Shown: in pieces, positions 15,608 through 25,552 of the stretch
Position numbering within the stretch: the stretch's first letter is position 1
Layout of the letters: every line of letters starts with the position of its first letter
Source of the DNA: a virus
Taxonomy: Duplodnaviria > Caudoviricetes
DNA: 41,675 bases
IMG/VR virus record: IMGVR_UViG_3300012982_000007
Coordinates: 1-41,675 of that record
Strand: one strand, 5' to 3'
Translations under genes and position numbers: made by a program
The notes under the pieces: generated by a model
Seen by the model: the letters and a program-made list of their open reading frames with translations, nothing else
What the model was told of the DNA's origin: nothing
Database searches by the model: none

Positions 15608-17081
15608 GTTCCGTGCGCTCCCGGATGCCGAGCGGGAGCGGCGCATCGCATCGCTGACTGATGCCGAGGCGGCGGGGTTGCTGCACGACTGGGGATTCTG
15701 GTCACGGCCCGACCAGCGACTGCCACCGGGCGACTGGCAGGTTTGGCTGGTAATGGCCGGCCGGGGCTACGGTAAGACGAGAGTTGGCGCGGAGGCGGTG
15801 CGCGAGTGGGTGCGGACCACCGACATGGTCAACCTGATCGGCGCGACGGCCGACGATGCCCGCGACATCATGATCGAGGGCGAGAGCGGCATCCTGGCGT
15901 GCTGCCCGCCGAGAGAGCGGCCGATCTACAGATCGAGCAAGCGGCGGCTGGAGTGGCCAAACGGCGCACGGTCGCTGATCTTCACCGCGGACGAGCCGGA
16001 GCGACTGCGCGGTAAGCAAAATAAAAAGTTGTGGTGCGACGAATTGGCATCCTGGCGGTACCCCGAGGCGTGGGACCAGGCGATGTTCGGCCTCCGCTTG
16101 GGATCGGCGCCCCAGGCGATCGTGACGACGACGCCGAAGCCGACGCTGCTCATCAAGGAGTTGCGGGCAGCGCCCGGAACGGTAGTAACTCGCGGAAGAA
16201 CTTACGATAACAAGGCCAACCTGGCGCCGGCCTTCCTCGCGCGAATCATCTCTAAGTACGAGGGCACGCGGCTGGGGCGTCAGGAACTGGACGCAGAGCT
16301 CCTGGAGGACAACCCTGGTGCCTTGTGGCAGCGGGCGGCAATCGAGGCGGCGCGCATCCGAGAGATGCCGGCGCTCTCGCGCATCGTGGTGGCGATTGAC
16401 CCCGCGGTGTCGTCCCACGAGGACTCCGACCTTACTGGGATAGTGGTAGCGGGCGTAGACGGCCAATGGCCTCCGCACTACTACGTGCTGGACGACCGCA
16501 GCCTTATCGCCACGCCAGACGGCTGGGCAGATGTCGCGGTGTCCGCATACCGGCAGCACCGCGCGGACCGGATCGTCGCCGAAATTAACAACGGCGGTGA
16601 GATGGTCGAGGCCGTCCTGAGGACAAAAGACCTCACGATGGCCTACCGCGCGGTGCACGCGACACGCGGCAAGGTGATCCGCGCGGAGCCGATTGCGGCG
16701 CTGTACGAGCAGGGCCGGGTGCACCACATCGGCGTGTTTGGCGCGCTCGAAGATGAGATGTGCGACTTCAACCCGGCGACCTCGACCAAGTCGCCAGATC
16801 GCATGGACGCGCTGGTCTGGGCGCTGACGGAGCTGGCCGAGCGGGCAACGCAGCTCGGGCTGAGCGACTACCTGGCGCAGGAGCAGCAGCGCATGGATGC
16901 AGCCAAGCAGCTAGCCAAGCCGACAGTGGCGGCGCAGATGCCGGCCTGCACGGCGTGCGGGTCCATCGCGGTCGTGCGACTGGGCAGCCAGTGGCGCTGC
17001 AACAACTGCGGGTTGCAGTGGGGCGGCGCGGCTGCGGCTGGCCCGGCGGTTGGTGGCCGGTTGTCGTTGGCGAAGCGATAA
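15567..17081 (+). CDS. terL: terminase large subunit
   Basis: Walker A AGRGYGKT, Walker B WCDE, VTTTP, nuclease VAIDPA and PDRMDALVWA. Confidence 0.96.
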   Translation: MPGTSCSASSLADEFRALPDAERERRIASLTDAEAAGLLHDWGFWSRPDQRLPPGDWQVWLVMAGRGYGKTRVGAEAVREWVRTTDMVNLIGATADDARDIMIEGESGILACCPPRERPIYRSSKRRLEWPNGARSLIFTADEPERLRGKQNKKLWCDELASWRYPEAWDQAMFGLRLGSAPQAIVTTTPKPTLLIKELRAAPGTVVTRGRTYDNKANLAPAFLARIISKYEGTRLGRQELDAELLEDNPGALWQRAAIEAARIREMPALSRIVVAIDPAVSSHEDSDLTGIVVAGVDGQWPPHYYVLDDRSLIATPDGWADVAVSAYRQHRADRIVAEINNGGEMVEAVLRTKDLTMAYRAVHATRGKVIRAEPIAALYEQGRVHHIGVFGALEDEMCDFNPATSTKSPDRMDALVWALTELAERATQLGLSDYLAQEQQRMDAAKQLAKPTVAAQMPACTACGSIAVVRLGSQWRCNNCGLQWGGAAAAGPAVGGRLSLAKR

Positions 17082-17100
17082 GGAATTAGAGAGTGCGCAG

Positions 17101-17301
17101 ATGACCACAGCAAACGTGCAACTCGTGATCTGGCTGGTGACGCAAGCCGCCGCCACGCTCTATGTCATCGCCCAGCTACGTTCTGCGGTGGACGATATGA
17201 AGCGCCGCATCGGCGAACTCGAGGAGTCAAACTACCGGCTTGGCGACAAGTTGGAGCGCGTCATGATTCAGATGATAGGGGCATCGTCGCCACCCCGATG
17301 A
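17101..17301 (+). CDS. small TM + coiled-coil protein (holin/XhlA-like architecture)
   Basis: Hydrophobic N-terminus followed by heptads. Confidence 0.55.
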   Translation: MTTANVQLVIWLVTQAAATLYVIAQLRSAVDDMKRRIGELEESNYRLGDKLERVMIQMIGASSPPR

Positions 17302-17528
17302 CACGCTGGCTCAAGATCGCCATCTGGTCGCTCCTGCACCGGCTTCGGCCCGAGTGGTACGCGCAGATTGACCCGTGCGCCAAGTGCCCCGCCTGCGGCC
17401 ACCGCAGTGGCGCGATTGCGACGCAACAAACCAAGGAGGGCGCTCAGGTCGTGCATCGCTGCCTGATCTGTGACGCTGCATGGGCCGAGCCCACGATTGT
17501 TGAACCGAGCCTATGGCTGGCACGCTAA
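17298..17528 (+). CDS. zinc-ribbon protein
   Basis: CPACG...CLIC. Confidence 0.6.
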   Translation: MTRWLKIAIWSLLHRLRPEWYAQIDPCAKCPACGHRSGAIATQQTKEGAQVVHRCLICDAAWAEPTIVEPSLWLAR

Positions 17529-19834
17529 CCATTAAGCCCGTGGGGCACCTGCTGAGCACATTGCGGCAGCTCTACCAAGCCCCGCCGGATGCGATACGTG
17601 GCATCGACCAGTCGGGCTGGTTTGGCCCGATGCAGCCGGTGCGACCGATTGCTCCTGCTGGCGTACAGCCGCGCGCCTGGCAGTACCACCCGGGCCAAAA
17701 TCTCGACTACACGCCGCGGTCGAGCGAAAAGCTGACGGCGGACGACTTGCGCGAACTGGCGACGTATCCGCTGGCGCGAATCATCATCGAGAACGTCAAG
17801 GACCAGATCTGTCGGCGAGAGTGGGTGGTGCGCATCCGGCCAATTCCCGGCGAGACCAACCGCGACCGGCTGAAGCGTGAGCGCGGCGATGACACGATTG
17901 CACGGGTAACGGCGCTGCTGGAGCAGCCGAACCCTGACGAGCGGTGGAAGGCGTTCCTGCGGCCGCTGCTGGAAGACCTGCTGGTGATTGACGCGCCGGC
18001 AACGCTGATCCGCAAGACGACGGCTGGCGAGGTCAAGGAACTGCGGCACCTGGACGGCGGCACCATCGCGCGGTACATCGACGAGAACGGCTTCGTGCCA
18101 CAGCCGCCAAGTCCGGCATTCGCGCAGTTGTGGTACGGCTCGCCGATGGTCAACCTGACCACGGACCAGTTGCTGTTCTGCCCGCGCAACGTGCCGAGCT
18201 GGAAGCTGTACGGCGTGAGCCCGACCGAGCAAATGGCGCAGGTGATCCGCATCGGCAAGGCGCGATTGCAGTTCAAGGAGAACTACTACAGCGAGGGGAC
18301 GATCCCCGACGCGCTGATGATCGTTCCGCCGAACTTCAACCCGAGTCAGATCAAGGAGCAGCAGGACTGGATGAACTCGGACCTGTCGGGCTCGCTCGCA
18401 AAACGCCGGCAGATGCGGTTGATTCAGGGCTTTTCGGAGGACGGCAAGGATCAGATCATCTTCCCGAAGGAGCCTTTGCTTAAGGACGAGTACGACGACA
18501 CCGAACTGTCGGAGCTGTGCTTTGCATACGGGGCCAGCCGCCAACGGCTGATCAAGCAGATGAACCGAGCGAGTGCGCAGCAGGCGCAGGACTCGGCAGA
18601 AGAGGAAGGGTTGGAGCCGTGGATGCAATGGGTGGCGGGCGTCGTCAACACGCTGATCCAGGGCCGCATGGGGCTGCACGACTACGAGTTTGCCTTCAAG
18701 GACTTCCGCGACACGGACGTTGCGAAGCAGTCAGAGGCGGACGCCCTGGACGTGAACAACGGCATCCGCACGAGAAACGAAGTGCGGGAGGACCGCGGCG
18801 AAGACCCGCGACCGGAGCCCGAGGCGTCAATGCTTGGCATCACGACAAAGAACGGCTTCGTGCCGCTGGGAGGCGCACCCGATGGAAGTCCTGCTGCCAA
18901 TGCTGATGCGGGTAAACAAGGCGACAACCCAAGTGGCGCCGCCGCCGGTTCAGGCGGCAGTGGAGATTCCGGGGCCGGTGGAGACCCCGAAGCCGGCCCC
19001 GCCGGCCCCGCTGGAAAGGTTCGAAAGGCCGGCGATCCGACCAAAGAAGAAAAGGCGTCGTCGCTGACCATCGAGCTCGGCAAGGAAACCGCACGGGTAC
19101 AGATCGCGCGACAACGGCTTGAGTCGGCGGTCAAGGACTTCCTGGCGTCGGCCGCGAATGCCGCCTCGGATGCCGCGCGGGATGCGGGGGAAGTGGACGC
19201 GGACGCCTTCGCAGAAACCGTCTACCTCGCCATTGACTGGGGAACGTTGGCGGTGAAGGTCGAGGATGACCTGGCGCAGATCGCGACCGAGGGCGGCTAC
19301 GCAGGATTGGCACAGCTGCAGATCACGAGCGCCGACATGATTGATTCGATGCAGACGCTGGCGCGTGACTTCGCTGCGGAACGGGCGGCAGAACTGGTCG
19401 GTATGCGGAAGGTTGGGCCGGGGAAGTACGTCGAGAATCCAGACGCCCGCTATGCGATCAGCGACACGACGCGTGCCGAGTTGCGGACCATCGTGCAGGA
19501 GGCGTTCGAAGCCGACACCGACCTGAGTGATCTCGTGGACCGCATCGCCGCGGCGGAGGCATTCAGTCCCGAGCGGGCCATGGTGATCGCGCGCACCGAG
19601 ACCAAGCGCGCCCAGGCCCATGGCAATTTGGACGCCTGGCAGAAGACCGGCGTGGTGCAGACCGTGCAGTGGATGGTGAGCGGCACGCACGACATTGACG
19701 ACGTCTGCGACGGCAACCAGGCGGCTGGGCACGTCGAGATCGGGAAGAAGTTCCCGAGTGGAGACACGGCGCCCCCCGCGCACCCGAACTGCAATTGCAG
19801 CATCGTGGCCGGGAAAATCAAGGGCATCGATTAG
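17513..19834 (+). CDS. portal protein fused to MuF/gp7 head morphogenesis domain
   Basis: Portal motifs (LEDLLVIDA, LYGVSPTE, GIRTRNEVREDRG) to ~18870; G/A/P linker; MuF motifs RAMVIARTE and PPAHPNCNC. Confidence 0.9.
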   Translation: MAGTLTIKPVGHLLSTLRQLYQAPPDAIRGIDQSGWFGPMQPVRPIAPAGVQPRAWQYHPGQNLDYTPRSSEKLTADDLRELATYPLARIIIENVKDQICRREWVVRIRPIPGETNRDRLKRERGDDTIARVTALLEQPNPDERWKAFLRPLLEDLLVIDAPATLIRKTTAGEVKELRHLDGGTIARYIDENGFVPQPPSPAFAQLWYGSPMVNLTTDQLLFCPRNVPSWKLYGVSPTEQMAQVIRIGKARLQFKENYYSEGTIPDALMIVPPNFNPSQIKEQQDWMNSDLSGSLAKRRQMRLIQGFSEDGKDQIIFPKEPLLKDEYDDTELSELCFAYGASRQRLIKQMNRASAQQAQDSAEEEGLEPWMQWVAGVVNTLIQGRMGLHDYEFAFKDFRDTDVAKQSEADALDVNNGIRTRNEVREDRGEDPRPEPEASMLGITTKNGFVPLGGAPDGSPAANADAGKQGDNPSGAAAGSGGSGDSGAGGDPEAGPAGPAGKVRKAGDPTKEEKASSLTIELGKETARVQIARQRLESAVKDFLASAANAASDAARDAGEVDADAFAETVYLAIDWGTLAVKVEDDLAQIATEGGYAGLAQLQITSADMIDSMQTLARDFAAERAAELVGMRKVGPGKYVENPDARYAISDTTRAELRTIVQEAFEADTDLSDLVDRIAAAEAFSPERAMVIARTETKRAQAHGNLDAWQKTGVVQTVQWMVSGTHDIDDVCDGNQAAGHVEIGKKFPSGDTAPPAHPNCNCSIVAGKIKGID

Positions 19835-19863
19835 CAGCCAGTCCGCACATCACCGCACGTATC

Positions 19864-19893
19864 GGGGCGCTCTTCGGAGCGCCCCTTTGTTTT
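19864..19893 (+). terminator. intrinsic terminator-like hairpin between portal and protease genes
   Basis: GGGGCGCTC-TTCG-GAGCGCCCC then TTTGTTTT. Confidence 0.8.
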
Positions 19894-19903
19894 GGAGACA
19901 GAC

Positions 19904-21325
19904 ATGCCGCAGCTTCGAAAATTCGCGCCATTCGTCAAGGTTGATGAAGGCTCGCACATGGTGTGGGGCGTTGCGACCTCGGAAGTTCCGGACAAGGAAG
20001 GCGAGATCTGCGACTACGAGGCGGCTAAATCGGCTTTCAAGGCGTGGACCGAGGACTTCCTGGCGAAGACCACGGCCGCGGGCCAGGACCCGTCGCTCGG
20101 CAACATCCGCGTGATGCACCAGCTTGAGGTTGGCGGGAAGGTCGTCAAGGTCGAGTACAAGGACGACAGCAAGCAGGTGTGGATCGGGACCGAGCCGGCG
20201 AGCGATGCGATCTGGAAGCTCATCAAGGGCGGCTTCCTGACCGGCTACTCGATCGGCGGCAGCTACGACTGGGTGCGGCCCGAGGGCGAATTCAAGCGGT
20301 TTGCCCCGGTGATTGCCGAGACCAGCTACGTGGACAACCCGTGCAATCCGGATGCGTCTTTCGCCTACATCAAGGCGGACGGCTCAATCGAGATGCGGAA
20401 GTTTGCGGTCGCGAAGGGAAAGAAGAGCAAGCGCGTGGCGGGTGAAGACCTGCCGGCGTCTGCCTTCGCCTACGTTGGTGATCCGGACAAGACCGAGACG
20501 TGGAAGCTGCCCATCAAGTTTTCGGACGATGCCAAGACTAAGCGGCACGTTCGCAATGCGCTCGCCCGGTTCGGCCAGACCAAGGGCATCCCCGCCTACG
20601 AAAAGGACAAGGTACATGCCCGCATCCTCGCCGCGGCGAAGGAGCACGGAATTGACACCGAGGGCGAAGACAAGAGCAAGAAGGCGCTGGCGGCATCGGC
20701 GCTCGAAAAGCTCACCGCTGCGGGCCTCGCAAAGGGCATGTGGGAGGTAGGGCAGCTCGCCGAACTGCTGGCCGAGTTGTCGTGGCTGCGCAATTCAGCC
20801 ATTTACGAACGCGAATTTGAGGGCGACGAATCGACGCTGCCGGAAGACCTGCAGGCCGATCTGGAGTCGCTGATCGAGACCTTCAGCCGCATGGCGGAAG
20901 AAGAGACCAAAGAGCTTGCCGCCACCGGGGCGGAATCCCAGGGAGGAATGTTTATGAGCCAATCCGTGGCCGACCTCAAGAAGGCGGCAAAGTCCATTCA
21001 CGAGCACCTGCAGGGGCTGAAGAAGGCCCATGAGGACGCCAAAGAAGCACACGACAAGCACCACGCCAAGGTGTCCGAGCACATCGAGAAGGTGACCAAG
21101 GCAGTGGGCGCCGTCGCCGAGGGCGACGGGTCGGAGGGCGACAAGAGCGAGAAGGCGGCGAACGGTGACGACATCCAGAAGATGATCGACGCCGCCATCG
21201 AGAAGGCCATGGGCCAGAAGCTCGAACCCGTCGCGGCCAAGGTCACGCTGGTGCCGCGCGAGGGCCAGGCCGCCTCGGACGAGAGCGTCTCCCCCGAGTT
21301 CTCCGACCTCGTCAGCGTCGAGTAG
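19904..21325 (+). CDS. prohead protease with inserted domain and C-terminal scaffold
   Basis: VWGVATSEVPDKEGE, IRVMH, GYSIGG, ETSYVDNPCNPDA; coiled-coil C-terminus. Confidence 0.85.
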   Translation: MPQLRKFAPFVKVDEGSHMVWGVATSEVPDKEGEICDYEAAKSAFKAWTEDFLAKTTAAGQDPSLGNIRVMHQLEVGGKVVKVEYKDDSKQVWIGTEPASDAIWKLIKGGFLTGYSIGGSYDWVRPEGEFKRFAPVIAETSYVDNPCNPDASFAYIKADGSIEMRKFAVAKGKKSKRVAGEDLPASAFAYVGDPDKTETWKLPIKFSDDAKTKRHVRNALARFGQTKGIPAYEKDKVHARILAAAKEHGIDTEGEDKSKKALAASALEKLTAAGLAKGMWEVGQLAELLAELSWLRNSAIYEREFEGDESTLPEDLQADLESLIETFSRMAEEETKELAATGAESQGGMFMSQSVADLKKAAKSIHEHLQGLKKAHEDAKEAHDKHHAKVSEHIEKVTKAVGAVAEGDGSEGDKSEKAANGDDIQKMIDAAIEKAMGQKLEPVAAKVTLVPREGQAASDESVSPEFSDLVSVE

Positions 21326-21406
21326 TCAGCACCCATCCTCCGCCACCGCCTTCGCCCCCCTGTCTGCGAAGGAAGACCGAAAAAATTCTTTCTTCAGGAG
21401 ACCATT

Positions 21407-23077
21407 ATGCAAATCAGTCAGGACGCTTATAAGGCCCACATCGTTGGGGCTCGCGGGGCGCTGGCAAAGTCGCTCGGCGATCCGAAGATTGCCGAACTGG
21501 TGACCAAGGCGCGCGCCGTCCCGGCAGAGCAGTGGAGTCCCGAGCACCCGGTGATCAAGGCCGCCGTGCGGCAGATGATCAAGGCCGGCATGCTCAAGGC
21601 CGGCGTCACGACCGGCACGGGCTACAACTTCTACGACCTCCGTGGACCGGCGTACCTGCTGTTCCCGGTCAACACGCCGTTCATCGAGTCGATCCGCAAG
21701 AAGGGTCGCGTGAATGACGGCGTCGGCACGGCGGCCCACTGGAAGGCCACGCGCAACCCGAACACGACCAACGTCTATGCCGGCGTCTCCGAAGGCCAGC
21801 GGAATTCCATCTCGACCCCGAACGAGATCGATTACCTCTCGACCTACAAAGAGATCGGCATGGAGCGCGGGGTGTCCTTCACCGCGGACTTCGCGGGCGA
21901 GGGATACACCGACAACCTGGCCGATGAGCACCTGCGCGGCCTCTTCTCCCTGCGGCTACAGGAAGAGATGATGACGCTTCTGGGCAACAGCGGCACGGCG
22001 GCCGGAAACAACGGGTTCGCGCTGGGCACGCCCGCCACGCCGACCTTGGCGCTGAAGGCTGGTCTCGGCCTCACGACCGGCACCTACATCTCCGTGGCCG
22101 TTGTCGCGCTGACCGGCATGGGCTTGAACCACGGCGGACAGGGCGGATACGGAGCAACCCCGACCGTAGCTGGCGGTCTCACGCCGAGCTACACCCGCAC
22201 CAACGCGGACGGAACCACCACGGCCGTCAACGGCGGAACGTCTGCGATCTCGGCGATGAGCGCCGTGCTGCAGACCACCGCCGGAAACGATCAGGTTGTC
22301 GCCACGGTCGCCGCCATCAAGGGCGCCTGCGGCTATGCCTGGTTCGTGGACTCGACCGATAACGTCACCGGCAGCTTGGCGAACGCGAAGCTGGCGGCCA
22401 TCACCCCTGGCCCGACCTACACCATCGCTGCGTTGCCTGCTGGCACGCAGGTGGGAAGTGCGGCCGGCCTCAACACCGACAGCAGCTTCCAGGCAACCGA
22501 CTTCGACGGCCTGCTGACCTATGCCTTCACGCAGGGTCTGTGGACCGACATGGCCGGCGGTGGCTTCACGTCGCTTAACAACGGGCAGGTGTCCGAACTG
22601 GAGACCGACCTCGAAAGCATCTGGGTCAACTACCAGGCGAACGTACAAACCATCTGGTGCTCGGCGGACGTGAAGCGGCAACTGCAGGCAGCCATCATCG
22701 CTGCGGCGGGCTCCGGCGCGGTGCCGGCGTACCGGTTCGGGTACGACCGCGACAGCCAGAACAACCTGACGGGCGGCTTCGTGGTCTCGGGCTACTTGTC
22801 GGCGTACAGCATGAACCCCAACGGCTCCGAGGTGATCCCCATCCGGGTGCACCCCGCTCTGCCCCCCGGCACGCTGTACTACGACGTGTCCACCAACCCG
22901 TACCCGCACAGCCGTATCCCGGCGGTGCGCGAGTTCCTGACGCAGCGCGACTACTACTCGATCGAGTGGCCGGTCGTGACGCGCCAGTGGACCTTCGGCA
23001 CGTACATCCATGAGGTGCTCGCGCACTACGCTCCCTGGATCACCGGGGTGCGGACGGGCATCGGCACCGGCACCTAA
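21407..23077 (+). CDS. major capsid protein (large, with Thr/Gly-rich beta insertion)
   Basis: Position after protease/scaffold, strong RBS, downstream hairpin, IRVHPALPPGT motif. Confidence 0.8.
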   Translation: MQISQDAYKAHIVGARGALAKSLGDPKIAELVTKARAVPAEQWSPEHPVIKAAVRQMIKAGMLKAGVTTGTGYNFYDLRGPAYLLFPVNTPFIESIRKKGRVNDGVGTAAHWKATRNPNTTNVYAGVSEGQRNSISTPNEIDYLSTYKEIGMERGVSFTADFAGEGYTDNLADEHLRGLFSLRLQEEMMTLLGNSGTAAGNNGFALGTPATPTLALKAGLGLTTGTYISVAVVALTGMGLNHGGQGGYGATPTVAGGLTPSYTRTNADGTTTAVNGGTSAISAMSAVLQTTAGNDQVVATVAAIKGACGYAWFVDSTDNVTGSLANAKLAAITPGPTYTIAALPAGTQVGSAAGLNTDSSFQATDFDGLLTYAFTQGLWTDMAGGGFTSLNNGQVSELETDLESIWVNYQANVQTIWCSADVKRQLQAAIIAAAGSGAVPAYRFGYDRDSQNNLTGGFVVSGYLSAYSMNPNGSEVIPIRVHPALPPGTLYYDVSTNPYPHSRIPAVREFLTQRDYYSIEWPVVTRQWTFGTYIHEVLAHYAPWITGVRTGIGTGT

Positions 23078-23110
23078 TCTCCGCCGTTCTGAGTCAGGGC
23101 TGAACGGTTG

Positions 23111-23150
23111 AGCGGGGCGGATGCGGCCTTAGAGCCTCCGCCCCGTTATT
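23111..23150 (+). terminator. hairpin/terminator after capsid gene
   Basis: GCGGGGCGGA...TCCGCCCCGT followed by TATT. Confidence 0.55.
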
Positions 23151-23166
23151 CATTCGCAGACACCAC

Positions 23167-23811
23167 ATGGCAGCATCCCCTCAAGACCTGACGACGCTGG
23201 CCGACGTGAAAGCGTGGCTGGCAATCACTGCGTCGAGTGATGACGCTGTGATTCAAGAGACCATCACGGCCGCAAGCCTGTACTGGCTCTGGCGGACGGG
23301 GCGGGATTCGCTCAACACCATCGCGACCTACACCGAGCGTTACGACGGCGCCGGTCGGTCGCGGCAATTCCTTCGCAACTCCCCGGTCACGGCGGTGACG
23401 TCGGTCACGATTGACGGGGTCGTAATCCCGCAGTCAACCGACTTCGTCACCCCAGGCTGGGTGCTGGATCAGTCGGGCAAGAGCGTTGCGCTGATCGGGA
23501 GCTGGGGCGGTGGCGTCCGCTACGCCGGCAGCTATGGCTTCACCGGTACCAACTACCGCACCGGCGGTTTCATCTTTCGTGAGGGCATCCAGAACGTCCT
23601 GGTTGTGTACTCCGCGGGCTACAACGGCGCACCACTCGACGTGCAGACTGCGGTGAAGCAGCATGTCGCGGTCAACTACAAGCGGCGGCAGTGGATCGAC
23701 CAAGCGAGCCAAGTGATGACTCAGGTCGGGACCACGACCTACCGCAACTGGGAGATTCCGCCCGAGGTTGAGCGCGTCATCCTCGCCTACACGCGGAGGG
23801 CAATCGCTTGA
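23167..23811 (+). CDS. head-tail connector (gp6-like)
   Basis: DLTTLADVKAWL...TERYDG...VVYSAGY...PLDV. Confidence 0.85.
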   Translation: MAASPQDLTTLADVKAWLAITASSDDAVIQETITAASLYWLWRTGRDSLNTIATYTERYDGAGRSRQFLRNSPVTAVTSVTIDGVVIPQSTDFVTPGWVLDQSGKSVALIGSWGGGVRYAGSYGFTGTNYRTGGFIFREGIQNVLVVYSAGYNGAPLDVQTAVKQHVAVNYKRRQWIDQASQVMTQVGTTTYRNWEIPPEVERVILAYTRRAIA

Positions 23812-24293
23812 TTCAGTTCTCGCTCAACGGCAAACAGGTTGCTAAAACATTCGAGTTTGCCGGCGGCCCGCGCATGGTCGCGGCACTCACCGAAAAGATC
23901 AATGCGCTCGATGTCGCGCTACAGCGCAAGATCCAGACGGAAAAGCTGTCCGGGCAGGTACTGACGGCCCGCAGCGGAAAGCTACGCGACAGCATCCGGG
24001 CGTTGCCGGTGGTGGAGTCGGGCACCGATCTGGTCGGGGAAGTGAAGGGGGCAGGCGGCGTGGCTCCCTACGGGCGAGTGCATGAGTACGGAGGCCGCGG
24101 CCCCTACACCATCGTGCCGGTGAAGGCGAAGGCGCTGCGCTTCATGGTGGGCGGCAAGGTGGTGTTTGCCCGCATGGTGAACCACCCGCCACTGGCGCGG
24201 CGCTCGTTCATGCGGGTAAGCCTTGAGGAGATGGCCCCGGAGATCGTGGCCGGCCTGCGGGCGACCGTTGCTGAGGTGATCGGCACCACATGA
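23808..24293 (+). CDS. neck/tail completion protein (HK97 gp10-like)
   Basis: RSGKLRDSI...PYGRVHEYG...RSFMR. Confidence 0.75.
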   Translation: MIQFSLNGKQVAKTFEFAGGPRMVAALTEKINALDVALQRKIQTEKLSGQVLTARSGKLRDSIRALPVVESGTDLVGEVKGAGGVAPYGRVHEYGGRGPYTIVPVKAKALRFMVGGKVVFARMVNHPPLARRSFMRVSLEEMAPEIVAGLRATVAEVIGTT

Positions 24294-24742
24294 ACGTCTC
24301 CCGAGAATCGGTCTTTCAGGCGCTTTTCACGTTGGTGTCTGGCGCACTCATCGGCGGCCAGCCGGCGTTCGTGACGACCTCGCGACGGCTGCAGCAGTGG
24401 TCGAACGTGGCGCCAGCACAGCAGCCGGCGCTATTCGTCATGGAGGGCAACCAGTCAGCCGGGGAGTCGGGACCATACGGTCTGACCCGGTGGGAACTGC
24501 GGGCGCATTTGTTCATTTACGCACGGGTTGGGGCCGATCCGGAAGAGACGCCCTCGACGACGCTAAACAACTTGGTTGACGCGGTCGAGTGGGCAATCCT
24601 GAACGTTCCGAAGGGGCAGGCGCAAACGCTTGGCGGGCTCGTGTCCGACTGCCGCATCGTCGGCGAAGTGGTTATTGACGAGGGAGTGCTCGATCAGCAG
24701 GCACTCGCTATTGTGCCGGTGTCGATAATCACCGGAATTTAA
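24290..24742 (+). CDS. tail terminator-like protein
   Basis: Position before the tail tube gene; QTLGGLV motif. Confidence 0.7.
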   Translation: MNVSRESVFQALFTLVSGALIGGQPAFVTTSRRLQQWSNVAPAQQPALFVMEGNQSAGESGPYGLTRWELRAHLFIYARVGADPEETPSTTLNNLVDAVEWAILNVPKGQAQTLGGLVSDCRIVGEVVIDEGVLDQQALAIVPVSIITGI

Positions 24743-24763
24743 CGACCGAAAGGACAAACTTTT

Positions 24764-25513
24764 ATGAGCGTGCAACGCTACTCGTTCGGTTCCGGCTTGC
24801 TCTTCATGCGGCCGTCTGGCGGCAACCAACCCACCAACTCCACTCCGGTGCAGCTCGGCGCGCTTCAGGACGTAAATGTCCAGATCGCGACGACCCTGAA
24901 GGAACTGAATGGGCAGTACCAGTTCCCGGACGATGTCGCGCCGGGCTCTTCGAAGCTGACCGGCAAAGCCAAGGTCGGCATGTTCAGCGCGACGATGCTA
25001 GCCAACGCGGTGGGCCAGAGCGTCGCGGTCGGACGCAAGCGGATCGTGCAGGAGGCTGGGGCGGTCCCCGGGTCCGTGTCGTACATCATCACGGTGTCGC
25101 ACGCGGCCAACTTCGTGAACGACTACGGTGTGACGTACAACACCACCGGGCTTGCCTTGACGCGCGTCACCGGAGCCCCCACCGTGGGGCAGTACTCCGT
25201 CGTCGAAACCACCGGCGTCTACACGTTCGCTGCGGCGGATGCGAGCGCCGCTGTTGTCATCAATTACGAGTACACCGATGCCGCGGTCGGCAACACGGTG
25301 GCGGTGCTCAACCAGCTTCAGGGCTTCGGGCCTGTGCTCGAAATGTACCTGTCGAATGCGTACAACGGCGACAGCAAGGACATGCGCCTGTTCGCGGTGC
25401 GCATCGGCGCCATCAACCGGCCGACGAAAAACGGTGACTACCTGATCACCGAGTTCGACTTCCAGGCGTTCGCGAACGCTGCGGGTCAGGTGTTCGAGTA
25501 TTACGAGGGCTAA
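24764..25513 (+). CDS. major tail tube protein
   Basis: FGSG...LQDV...KELNGQYQFP; position before chaperones. Confidence 0.8.
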   Translation: MSVQRYSFGSGLLFMRPSGGNQPTNSTPVQLGALQDVNVQIATTLKELNGQYQFPDDVAPGSSKLTGKAKVGMFSATMLANAVGQSVAVGRKRIVQEAGAVPGSVSYIITVSHAANFVNDYGVTYNTTGLALTRVTGAPTVGQYSVVETTGVYTFAAADASAAVVINYEYTDAAVGNTVAVLNQLQGFGPVLEMYLSNAYNGDSKDMRLFAVRIGAINRPTKNGDYLITEFDFQAFANAAGQVFEYYEG

Positions 25514-25552
25514 TCGCGGCCTTCACCCATCCCTGTCTGAGTGAGGAAAACC

